From Pseudomonadota bacterium (GTDB lineage Bacteria > Pseudomonadota > Gammaproteobacteria > Burkholderiales > Burkholderiaceae_B), in the NCBI GenBank assembly GCA_023386765.1, contig JAEWJD010000151.1:1-43616 (forward strand): a DNA stretch of 43,616 nt, given 5' to 3'. The notes beneath the pieces were generated by a model. The model searched no databases and had not been told where the DNA came from. It saw only the letters and a program-made list of their open reading frames with translations. A program made the translations under genes and the position numbers. Of the stretch, positions 17,541-25,901 are shown piece by piece. The first letter of the stretch is position 1; each line of letters starts with the position of its first letter.

Positions 17541-19166
17541 ATGTACCGAAGCAACTTTGAACCGGGCTCGACCCGCTGGGCCGTACGCCGCAGCCAGTGG
17601 CGCAGCATGGGCATCCGCGAAGAGGATATGGACAAGCCCAAGATCGCTGTCATCAACACCTCCAACAAGTTGTCCTGCTGCTACGTACACCTGGATGCCA
17701 TCAGCGCGCAGGTGCAGCAGGCCATCCGCGATGCCGGTGCGCTGGCCTTCGAAGTGCGCACGGTGGCGCCCAGCGATTTCGTCACCAGTGCCGGCAAGAA
17801 AGCGCGCTATCTGATGCCCACCCGCGATCTCATGGTCAACGAGGTCGAGTGCATGATGGAAGGCGCCGTACTTGACGGCATGATCTGTCTGTCGTCCTGC
17901 GACAAGACCACGCCGGCCCACCTGATGGCGGCGGCGCGGCTGGACGTCCCCAGCCTGCTGCTGACCTGTGGCTATCAGATCGGCGGTAAGTGCTCCAACG
18001 AGAAATTCGAGGACCAATTCTTCGATATCGACGACGTGTATGAACAGATCGGTGCGCTGGCCACGGGTACCATCACGCTCAAGGACCTGACTGACATGAC
18101 CGACGTGGCGATACAGTCGCCCGGCGTCTGTGCCGGCCTGGGCACGGCGAACTCGATGCATATCGTGGCTGAAGCCCTGGGCATGACACTCCCCGGCAAC
18201 TCGCCTATCTGGGCCAACGGCCGTCGCCTGAACGAATACGCCCAGGATGCGGGTCGCCAGATTGTGGAACTGGTGCGCCAGGGCATCAACGCCCGTCAGA
18301 TCCTCACCGAGGCGGCCCTGCGCAATGCGGTGATGATGGTGCTGGCCGTGGGCGGCTCGGTGAACACGGTACGCCACCTCGCGGCCATTGCCACTGAAGC
18401 GGAACTGCCGATCGACGTGATCCGCCTTTATGAAGACTACGGCCGGCACATCAAACTGCTGACGGCCGTACGTCCCAACGGCCCCTTCCGCACCGAAGAC
18501 CTGGAAGCCGCCGGGGGGACCCCTGCCGTCATGAGCCAGCTGACCGAACACCTGGACCTGAACGCCTTGACCGTTACCGGCAAGACCCTGGGTGAGAACA
18601 TCAGTCAGGCGCGCGTCAAGGACGAGAAGATCATCCGCTCGCTGGCCAATCCTGTCAGCCAGCGCCCCGGCGTCGGCATTCTGCGCGGCAATCTGGCCCC
18701 CAACGGCGCCATCGTCAAGCTATCTGCCGTGCCGGGCGAACGTGCCGAGTTCCGCGGGCCGGCCAATATCTACGAAGGCGAGGACGAAGCCATCGCGGCG
18801 CTGGGCGAAGGCAAGATCAACCGGGGCGACGTCATCGTGCTGCGCAACATGGGCCCCTGCGGCGGCCCCGGGACGGTGTTCGCCTGCAGCTTCGTGGCCG
18901 CCCTCAACGGCGCCGGCATCGCGGAGCACGTGGCAGTGGTCACCGACGGTGAGCTGTCGGGGCTGAACCGCGGCATCATCGTCGGCCAGCTGATGCCGGA
19001 ATCGGCCGCCGGTGGCCCCCTCGCCGTGGTGCGCCAGGGTGAAACCATCCATATCGATTTCGTGAACCGGCGTCTGAACATGGATGTGCCAGCAGCCGAG
19101 ATCGAACGCCGCCTGCAAGCCTGGGAACCTCGCGAACTGGAGCTGGGCGGCGGCAGCGGCACCTAA
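17541..19166 (+). CDS. IlvD/Edd family dihydroxy-acid/sugar-acid dehydratase; terminated by an apparently premature TAA (homology continues in frame to TGA at 19244)
   Basis: ATG at 17541 after CAGGAGA. KPKIAVIN, SCDKTTP, GVCAGLGTANSM, GGSVNTV.HL, GNLAPNGAIVK, VTDGELSG. After TAA 19164-19166 the same frame reads LLQYAQLVQPIEQGAVL. Confidence 0.9.
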   Translation: MYRSNFEPGSTRWAVRRSQWRSMGIREEDMDKPKIAVINTSNKLSCCYVHLDAISAQVQQAIRDAGALAFEVRTVAPSDFVTSAGKKARYLMPTRDLMVNEVECMMEGAVLDGMICLSSCDKTTPAHLMAAARLDVPSLLLTCGYQIGGKCSNEKFEDQFFDIDDVYEQIGALATGTITLKDLTDMTDVAIQSPGVCAGLGTANSMHIVAEALGMTLPGNSPIWANGRRLNEYAQDAGRQIVELVRQGINARQILTEAALRNAVMMVLAVGGSVNTVRHLAAIATEAELPIDVIRLYEDYGRHIKLLTAVRPNGPFRTEDLEAAGGTPAVMSQLTEHLDLNALTVTGKTLGENISQARVKDEKIIRSLANPVSQRPGVGILRGNLAPNGAIVKLSAVPGERAEFRGPANIYEGEDEAIAALGEGKINRGDVIVLRNMGPCGGPGTVFACSFVAALNGAGIAEHVAVVTDGELSGLNRGIIVGQLMPESAAGGPLAVVRQGETIHIDFVNRRLNMDVPAAEIERRLQAWEPRELELGGGSGT

Positions 19167-19249
19167 CTGCTGCAGTACGCCCAATTGGTGCAGCCCATCG
19201 AACAAGGCGCCGTGCTCGGCAAGCGCAAGGTGCACGCCGCCTGAGCGGC

Positions 19250-19285
19250 GCGCAAGGCGGCCGGGCACGGCCGGCCGCCTTGCGC
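19250..19285 (+). terminator. Perfect 15-bp GC-rich stem-loop (terminator or mRNA-stabilising hairpin) after the dehydratase
   Basis: GCGCAAGGCGGCCGG-GCACGG-CCGGCCGCCTTGCGC; there is no U-tract, so intrinsic termination is uncertain. Confidence 0.55.
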
Positions 19286-19346
19286 ATTAGGCAGATGCAG
19301 TAACCACGCAGCATCCATGCAGCACCCCTCTGGAGACACCCCCACC

Positions 19347-20633
19347 ATGTCCACACAGGCACATGAAAAAAAAGCCCGCAAAGCCGGGCTGGCCGCCTTC
19401 ATCGGCACCGTACTCGAATGGTACGACTTCATCATCTACGGCACGGCTGCGGCCATCGTGCTCAACAAAGTATTTTTCCCCAACACTGATCCCTTAATGG
19501 GAACGCTGGCGGCCTTCGCCACCTATGCCGTGGGTTTCCTGGCGCGTCCGCTGGGCGGCTTGGTGCTTGGCTACATGGGCGACCGGCTCGGGCGTCGCTC
19601 CATTCTGGTGCTAACCCTGTTCCTTATGGGCGGAGCCACCACGGCCATCGGCCTATTGCCCAGCTATGAGACGATCGGCGTCTGGGCACCCATCCTGCTG
19701 GTACTGATGCGCCTGATCCAGGGCTTTGGCGCGGGCGGCGAATATGCCGGCGCCGTGGTGCTGTCGGTCGAGCATGCGCAGAAAGGCAAGCGCGGCGCGG
19801 CTGGCGCCTGGGCGCCGCTGGGCTTCGCCGTCGCCACGTTATTGGCCAACGCTGTGTTCTTTTTCTTCCTCAGCACGCTGAGCGAAGCGCAGTTCATGGA
19901 CTGGGGCTGGCGTGTGCCCTTCCTGCTGGGCGCGGCCTGCGTGCTGGTGGGCTATTTCATCCGTCGCAACATCGAAGAGCCGCCGGCCTTCGAGAAAGCG
20001 CAACAGGCCGCCCAGATGGAAAAGATCGGCCTGTTCTCGGCCATCAAACGCCACCCGCGCAGTTTCCTGATCGTGATCGGTTCGCGCATGGGCGAGAACG
20101 GCTTCGCCTATCTCTATCCCGTGTTCTGCGTGTCATACATGGTGACGACATTGCACATGGAGAGATCGACGGCATTGTGGGCCGTAATCCTAGCCTCCTG
20201 CGTGCAATTGGTGACCATCCCCTTCTATGGCGCGCTGTCGGACCGTGTGGGCCGCAAGAAAGTCTATCTGGGCGGGATTATCTTCTCCGTCCTGTGGCTA
20301 ATCCCGTTCTTCCTGCTGCTGGACGTGGGCGCTTTCTGGGCCGTGGCCCTGGGTTTCGCCGTGGGTCTGGGCATTGCCTATCCCGCAATGCTCTCGCCCC
20401 AGGCGGCCTGGTACGCCGAATTGTTCGACACCGAGTTCCGCTTGGCCGGCTTTGCCTTCTCCCGCGAGCTGGGTTCTCTGCTGGCCGGCGGCCTCGCGCC
20501 CTTCATCGCCACCGCGCTTTACTCCTACTACCAGCACTGGTGGCCCATCGTGGTTTACATGGGCGTGATGGGCGTGTTCACCCTCATCGCACTGGCCATG
20601 GGACCGGAAACGGTGCACAAGGAAATCGACTGA
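19347..20633 (+). CDS. MFS transporter, metabolite:H+ symporter (MHS; ShiA/ProP-like) family
   Basis: GTVLEWYDFIIYG, FLARPLGG, GDRLGRR, RLIQGFGAGGEYAGA, WGWRVPFL, LSDRVGRK, PET; ATG at 19347. Confidence 0.95.
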   Translation: MSTQAHEKKARKAGLAAFIGTVLEWYDFIIYGTAAAIVLNKVFFPNTDPLMGTLAAFATYAVGFLARPLGGLVLGYMGDRLGRRSILVLTLFLMGGATTAIGLLPSYETIGVWAPILLVLMRLIQGFGAGGEYAGAVVLSVEHAQKGKRGAAGAWAPLGFAVATLLANAVFFFFLSTLSEAQFMDWGWRVPFLLGAACVLVGYFIRRNIEEPPAFEKAQQAAQMEKIGLFSAIKRHPRSFLIVIGSRMGENGFAYLYPVFCVSYMVTTLHMERSTALWAVILASCVQLVTIPFYGALSDRVGRKKVYLGGIIFSVLWLIPFFLLLDVGAFWAVALGFAVGLGIAYPAMLSPQAAWYAELFDTEFRLAGFAFSRELGSLLAGGLAPFIATALYSYYQHWWPIVVYMGVMGVFTLIALAMGPETVHKEID

Positions 20634-20713
20634 ACGCCGGGGCCCGACGGCCTCTGCCCCAACCGCCAGGCCGCGCCCCCGGGCTGCGGCCTGGCCCTGC
20701 ACAGGAGACCCGC

Positions 20714-22084
20714 ATGGAACACTCCCCCGGATTCCCCGACTGGCGCCTGATCCACCGCTACGACAGCCAGCCTGACCTACCAGTGCTGGCCGAAGTGGAC
20801 GTACTGGTGGTCGGCGCGGGTGCCGCCGGCGTGGCCGCTGCCACTACCGCCGCCGAATACGGCAAGACCACTCTGGTGATCGAGAGTTATGGCTTTTGTG
20901 GCGGGGCGGCCGTCGCCGGCCTGTCGGGCACGATCTGCGGCATGTACCTTGCCAGCGATCGCGACCCGGTGCCACGACAGGTCGTCTTCGGTTTCACCGA
21001 GCGCTTTCGCGCCGCGCTCGCACGGCGTGGCGGTGTCACCGGCCCGCAACGCTACGGCAAGACCTGGACCGTCACCCACGACCCGCTGGCCTGGAGCGAA
21101 ACGGCCGATGAGCTACTGCAGGTCAGTGGTGCCCGCACGCTGTTCCATACCCGCGTGAGCGGCGTCATCATGGACGGCGATGCCTGCCGCGGCGTGGAGA
21201 TCACCTCGGCGGCTGGCCGCTCACTCGTCCTAGCGCGACGCATCATCGACGCTTCAGGCGACGCTGCGGTGATTGCATTGGCCGGCTACCCCTATGTCTT
21301 TGGCGACCAGGGCCGCATACAGAACCCGACTATGTTCTTTCGCCTGGGCAACGTCGACTTACCCCGTTTTCTGGACTACTGGGGCGATGACACCATCAAC
21401 CCGCCCAAGGTCAGCGATGCCATCGAGGCTGCCGATACCGCCGCGCGCCATGCCCTGCCGCGCAAGAAAATCTGGATTTTCCCGACCACCCACCCGCACG
21501 AGCTGCTGGTCAACGCCACCCGTCTGACCGCGCACGACGGCCGCATGCTCAACGTGATCGACCCGCAAGACTTCACTGAAGCCGAAATCCTCGGGCGCCG
21601 CCAGGTGCGTGAGTACGCCGCCTTCCTGCGCGAATCAGTGCCCGGCTGCGAAACCAGCTACGTGATGAACACCGGCGTACAGGTCGGCGTGCGTCAGACC
21701 CGCAGCATCGCCGGCGTCCATACCCTGCGCAACGACGACGTGCTGGCCTGCCGCAAGCAGGATGACGGCATCTGCAAAGTACCTTGGCCCATCGAGCTGC
21801 ACAGCGGCGACAAACCCAAGCTGCACTGGCTGCTAGACGACTACTATGAGGTGCCCTACCTAAGCCTGGTGCCATGCCAAGGCGAAAACCTCATCGTGGC
21901 CGGGCGATGCCTGAGCGCCGAGCACGAAGCCCTAGCCTCGGCTCGGGTGACGGCGCAGTGCTTCGAATACGGACGGGCCGCCGCTGTAGCCTGCGTGCTG
22001 TCGCTGGATAGCGGACAGCCGCTACGAGCCCTGCAAGGCCGCCAGATACGCGCCAAAATGCAGCAGCTGGGCAGCGCGCTCTAG
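20714..22084 (+). CDS. FAD-dependent oxidoreductase (FAD_oxidored/PF12831-like, IbeA-related family)
   Basis: ATG at 20714 after CAGGAG; DVLVVGAGAAG, FCGG, IDASGDA, VGVRQTR, YEVPYLSLVP..ENLIVAGRCLSAEHEALASARVTAQC. Confidence 0.9.
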   Translation: MEHSPGFPDWRLIHRYDSQPDLPVLAEVDVLVVGAGAAGVAAATTAAEYGKTTLVIESYGFCGGAAVAGLSGTICGMYLASDRDPVPRQVVFGFTERFRAALARRGGVTGPQRYGKTWTVTHDPLAWSETADELLQVSGARTLFHTRVSGVIMDGDACRGVEITSAAGRSLVLARRIIDASGDAAVIALAGYPYVFGDQGRIQNPTMFFRLGNVDLPRFLDYWGDDTINPPKVSDAIEAADTAARHALPRKKIWIFPTTHPHELLVNATRLTAHDGRMLNVIDPQDFTEAEILGRRQVREYAAFLRESVPGCETSYVMNTGVQVGVRQTRSIAGVHTLRNDDVLACRKQDDGICKVPWPIELHSGDKPKLHWLLDDYYEVPYLSLVPCQGENLIVAGRCLSAEHEALASARVTAQCFEYGRAAAVACVLSLDSGQPLRALQGRQIRAKMQQLGSAL

Positions 22085-22093
22085 CAAGGCACG

Positions 22094-22128
22094 CGCCCGG
22101 CAGAACGGCATGGCCGGCCTGCCGGGCG
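22094..22128. terminator. Hairpin between convergent operons
   Basis: CGCCCGGCAG...CTGCCGGGCG, a 10-bp inverted repeat between stops at 22084 and 22148; no U-tract. Confidence 0.4.
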
Positions 22129-22147
22129 TGGGGACGAGTCGCCTGGA

Positions 22148-23713
22148 CTAGTCGCCTGCCTTGACCCCCCACAATCTGGGCATACCTTCCCAGGGCTGGA
22201 ATCCCGTCACCCGGCGCGAGGCTGCCCAGGGTTCCTCGGGGTTGAACAAGATGACCAGCGGCACCTCCTGCAGCAGGCGCTCATGCAACTGATCGAACAG
22301 GGCCTGGCGCTGCGCGGTATCGGACACCACCATGGCCTGGTTCAGCAGGGCCTGCGCCTCGCTGTCATCCCAGACCTTGCGCGGCTGGCTCGCCTTGGGG
22401 CCGGTAAAGTGCTCGAAACTGAGCGCCGGGTCGATGCGCGAGGAGTAGGAGTGCACCAATACCTGGTAGTTGCCCTTCAGGAAGCGGTCCATGTGGGTGC
22501 CCCACTCCACCACGTCGATATCCGACTCCACGCCCACGTCGCGCAACATCTGCTGCATCACGATGGCCATGGGCAGGCTGGGAATGTTCTCGCGGTTATT
22601 GGTGGTGATGCGCAGGCGCTGGCCCTGATAACCCGCTTCCTTGAGCAGCTCGCGGGCGCGCTGCGGGTCGTAGTCCAGCATGCGGGCCTGGGCCGGGCTG
22701 TAATAGAAGGAGCCGCGCTTGACCGCCGAGTTATTGGGCTCGGTCTTGCCTTCGGTCACCATGCCCACCAGGCGCCGGGTATCGATGGCCGCCGCCAGGG
22801 CGCGGCGCATGCGGGGATCGGCCAGCAGGGGATCGCGGGTCTGGAACAGGATGGCATTGCGCCCCCCGGTGCGATCCTCGACCAGCGTCAGGGCCGGATT
22901 GGCCGCCAGCTCAGGCACGTCCACATTCTGCACCTTGGAGATGTCCAGGGCTCCGGAAGCCAGGCCAGCCTTGATGGTGGAGGCGTCCGGCACCACCATC
23001 AGACGCACTTCGTCGACCAGGGCCTCCTTGCGCCCCACGGCCCCGTCCGGGGCCTCGCCCGGCGGCGATACATAGCCGGGGAAGCGGCGCAGTGTCACAC
23101 TTTGCCCGCGCTGCCAGTCGGCCAGCTGGAAGGGGCCGGTACCGATCGGTGCTTTCCAGCTGCCATCGGCCGCCACGGAGTCCGGATGGATCACACCGGC
23201 CATGGCGCAGTCGGTGCGCGCCAATGAGTCCAGGAACAGGGCATGCGCGGCGTTGATCCGCATCACGATCGTGCGTGCGTCGGGCGTCTCGACCGACTCC
23301 ACCTTCAAGCCGTTGCGGCCGTCGAACTCCGACAGGCAGCGCCAGTTGGTCTTGGGATCCATATAGCGCTGCCAGCTCCACAACACCTCGGCCGCGGTGA
23401 CCGGCTGGCCATTGTGGAACTGCAGGCCGGGGCGCAGGGTGAAGGTATAGCTGCGGCCATCCTCGGACAGCGCGACCGACTCGGCCAACAGCGGCTTGAC
23501 GCGGCCGTCGGCCCCGTAGCCCACCAGCCCTTCCACCAGGTTGAGCATCACGCCGTCGGTGTTGCCGTCGCGATTCACGCCGGGATTGGTGCCCCGGATG
23601 TCCGCATTGAGCACCACCACGAGCGGCTTGGCGGCCTGGGCCGCCGTCGCGCCCAGGCACAGCATCAGGGCGGCCATCCAGGGCCGCACGGACTTGCTTT
23701 TCAGGACAGTCAT
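22148..23713 (-). CDS. Peptide/nickel ABC transporter substrate-binding protein (family 5, DppA/OppA-like), copy 2
   Basis: ATG at 23713 (the ORF-track N-terminus is over-extended). Signal peptide ending AAQA; VEGLV, PLLAES, YTFTLRPG..FHNG, PIGTGPF, YDPQRARELLKEAGY. Confidence 0.93.
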   Translation of the reverse strand: MTVLKSKSVRPWMAALMLCLGATAAQAAKPLVVVLNADIRGTNPGVNRDGNTDGVMLNLVEGLVGYGADGRVKPLLAESVALSEDGRSYTFTLRPGLQFHNGQPVTAAEVLWSWQRYMDPKTNWRCLSEFDGRNGLKVESVETPDARTIVMRINAAHALFLDSLARTDCAMAGVIHPDSVAADGSWKAPIGTGPFQLADWQRGQSVTLRRFPGYVSPPGEAPDGAVGRKEALVDEVRLMVVPDASTIKAGLASGALDISKVQNVDVPELAANPALTLVEDRTGGRNAILFQTRDPLLADPRMRRALAAAIDTRRLVGMVTEGKTEPNNSAVKRGSFYYSPAQARMLDYDPQRARELLKEAGYQGQRLRITTNNRENIPSLPMAIVMQQMLRDVGVESDIDVVEWGTHMDRFLKGNYQVLVHSYSSRIDPALSFEHFTGPKASQPRKVWDDSEAQALLNQAMVVSDTAQRQALFDQLHERLLQEVPLVILFNPEEPWAASRRVTGFQPWEGMPRLWGVKAGD

Positions 23714-23715
23714 AG

Positions 23716-24837
23716 TCACTCCACGGGGTGGGCATCGCCCTGCAGGGCATAGCGGGTGAAGACCTGGCCGAAGGACGGCATGGCAGCGATGTCCATGGTC
23801 AGACCCACCGGGTCGATCACGATGGTGGCCACCGTGGCGCTGCGTCCGCCGGTCAGCGTGCCGCGCGGCGGACGGCAGACCGAATAGGGGGTGGCCCAGT
23901 CGTCGGCCAGCGCGCGCCGTACGTCGGCCACGCTGATACGCGGGCCGCAGGCCTCCAGCAGCTCCCGCACGCGCCAGGCGCGGTAGAAGGTGTCCACGGC
24001 ATTGCTCATGCCCGCCTCCTTGACCTTGCCCAGCGCCACTTCGCTCATGAAATGGTTGGAGTGCGTCAGCAGGCCATTGTGCGGGGCCAGGGCGAAGCTC
24101 TCGTCCGGCACGCATTCGAAATCGATCAGCCAGCCGTTCTGGCTGACGATCATGTTGCTGGAGCAGGCCTTGGGGGTGGCGGCCAGCAACTGCATGGCGA
24201 TGGCCACGTGTTCCTGTTCCAGCGCGGCACGCCGGATGCTGCTCAGGGGCACGCCGCTCTGGCTGTAGTCGCGGTCACAGCTCAGATAGTTGCCGGTCAG
24301 CGCCAGGCCTGCCGAGTTGAAACCGTGGCGCGCGAGGCCGCCGGCCTCGACCAGGGTCACCAGGGTCACGCCAGCGTCATTGCAGACCCGCAGCACGATG
24401 GTGCTGTCGCGTGCATCCGGATCCCAATCCCAGTTGTGGGCATGGATCATGTTGCCGGTGGCGCTGCGCTCGGGCATGACCACCGCCGCGGTGCATTCGC
24501 CGTCGGCCGGATCGAGCGCCGTTTCCCGGGCCAGCTTGCGGGCCTTGGCAATCACTTCGGTACGCGCATTGATCAGTACGATGTCCTCATAGGACACGCC
24601 GGCCCCTTCAGCGATACCACGCATTTCTTCGCCATGGGCGGCGCGGAAATTCTCCATCTGGGCGGCGAATTCCGCGATCAGTGCCGACTGCCGCGCCGGG
24701 GATGCACCCAGACGCTCAAGTTCGCGGCGATAGTGGCGCGCGCTGTGGGCGATACGCTCGGGGACGGCCGCGCCGTACTGCCGGCCGCGCTCGAAGGGCG
24801 CCCCGGAGATCGAAACGAGGGGAAAAGGCGTTTGCAT
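23716..24837 (-). CDS. Peptidase C45 / acyl-CoA:6-APA acyltransferase family Ntn-hydrolase, copy 2
   Basis: GAPFERGRQYG, EEMRGIAEG, INAR, autocleavage site GE|CT, HNWDW, GFNSAG, LTHSNHF. Confidence 0.9.
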   Translation of the reverse strand: MQTPFPLVSISGAPFERGRQYGAAVPERIAHSARHYRRELERLGASPARQSALIAEFAAQMENFRAAHGEEMRGIAEGAGVSYEDIVLINARTEVIAKARKLARETALDPADGECTAAVVMPERSATGNMIHAHNWDWDPDARDSTIVLRVCNDAGVTLVTLVEAGGLARHGFNSAGLALTGNYLSCDRDYSQSGVPLSSIRRAALEQEHVAIAMQLLAATPKACSSNMIVSQNGWLIDFECVPDESFALAPHNGLLTHSNHFMSEVALGKVKEAGMSNAVDTFYRAWRVRELLEACGPRISVADVRRALADDWATPYSVCRPPRGTLTGGRSATVATIVIDPVGLTMDIAAMPSFGQVFTRYALQGDAHPVE

Positions 24838-24867
24838 GATGAGTTCGCTAAGAAAGTGTCAGAAACC

Positions 24868-25899
24868 TCAGGCGGCCTGGCGCGGCAGCACCAGGATGTC
24901 GCCCTCGTCGCGCAGCGATGCGCCCAAGGCCAGGGACGCCGACAGCAGCAGATCGCGCTCCAGGGGAAATTCGTGCACCGGGCAGCGCAAGGTCTGATTG
25001 GCCTCGTTGCGCTGCGTGAACGACAGTTCGATATCGCCCACCTTGCCGTCCTCGACCCGCACGCAGGCGGTCATGCCGACCCAGTCGGTATGCGCATCGC
25101 CGTGGTGGGCCATCTGGAAAGAGAAGTTGCCGCCACCGTAGAAAATCGGCTTGCCGCGATATACCTCGATCGGCAGGATCATGTGCGGACCATGCCCGAA
25201 GACGATATCGGCACCGGCCTGCACCGCGGCATGGGCATACTCGCGCTGATAGTTCAGCACCTCGCGCCGATAACCCCAGTGCAGCGAGGCCACCACTACA
25301 TCGGCCTGCTCGCGCAACTGCGCCACTTCCTCGCGGAAGCGCTCCAACGACTCGGGATCGGCCCAGGTGAGGATCTGCGGCGGCACGCCCGGCCGGGTAC
25401 GGGCGGCCTGCTGTTCGAGGGCCGGCCGATAGGCCGTATGCCCCCGGATCACCGCCACGCCGGCATGCTCGTCGGTCGCCTCGTGACCATCCGGCCAGAA
25501 TACGGCGGTTCGCTGCAGAAAGCCGTAGCGCACCCCTGCACGCTCCAGCACCAGGGGCGCGCGCGCCTGGCTATCGTTCAGGCCGGCCCCCACGTGCGGA
25601 ATGCCCAGGCGATCCAGCGCGGCCAGGCTGCTGCCGATCGCCTCGTGCCCGATATTCACGTTGTTGGCGCAACCCACCAGCTGCACGCCAGCCTGCAGCA
25701 AGGCGTCACCCATGGCCGGGGGCACATAGAACCCACGCCGCTCGCGTGCCGAATCCGGCAGCTCGTACAGGCAGCACTCCAGATTGGCGAAGACCATGTC
25801 GGCGTCGCGCAAGGGTTCGCCGACATGCTCGAACAGGCCCTCGGCCTGCTCCACGCCCCGGAAGTTGATGTCGCCCAGCAAATAGAACGTCTGTTGCAT
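24868..25899 (-). CDS. CapA/PgsA family (metallophosphoesterase-fold) protein, cytoplasmic form
   Basis: LGDINF, FANLEC, CANN, VGAG, ADVVVASLHWG, GADIVFGHGPH..PIEVY..KPIFYGGGNF. ATG at 25899; no signal peptide or membrane anchor. Confidence 0.88.
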   Translation of the reverse strand: MQQTFYLLGDINFRGVEQAEGLFEHVGEPLRDADMVFANLECCLYELPDSARERRGFYVPPAMGDALLQAGVQLVGCANNVNIGHEAIGSSLAALDRLGIPHVGAGLNDSQARAPLVLERAGVRYGFLQRTAVFWPDGHEATDEHAGVAVIRGHTAYRPALEQQAARTRPGVPPQILTWADPESLERFREEVAQLREQADVVVASLHWGYRREVLNYQREYAHAAVQAGADIVFGHGPHMILPIEVYRGKPIFYGGGNFSFQMAHHGDAHTDWVGMTACVRVEDGKVGDIELSFTQRNEANQTLRCPVHEFPLERDLLLSASLALGASLRDEGDILVLPRQAA

Positions 25900-25901
25900 G
25901 A

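Noticed and set aside
19164..19166. Programmed recoding (selenocysteine or pyrrolysine) at the dehydratase internal stop
   Set aside because: The codon is TAA, not TGA or TAG, and the position corresponds to a non-catalytic residue; a point mutation or sequencing error is simpler.
24868..25899. Poly-gamma-glutamate capsule biosynthesis locus
   Set aside because: Only the CapA-like gene is present; there is no capB/capC and no membrane anchor.
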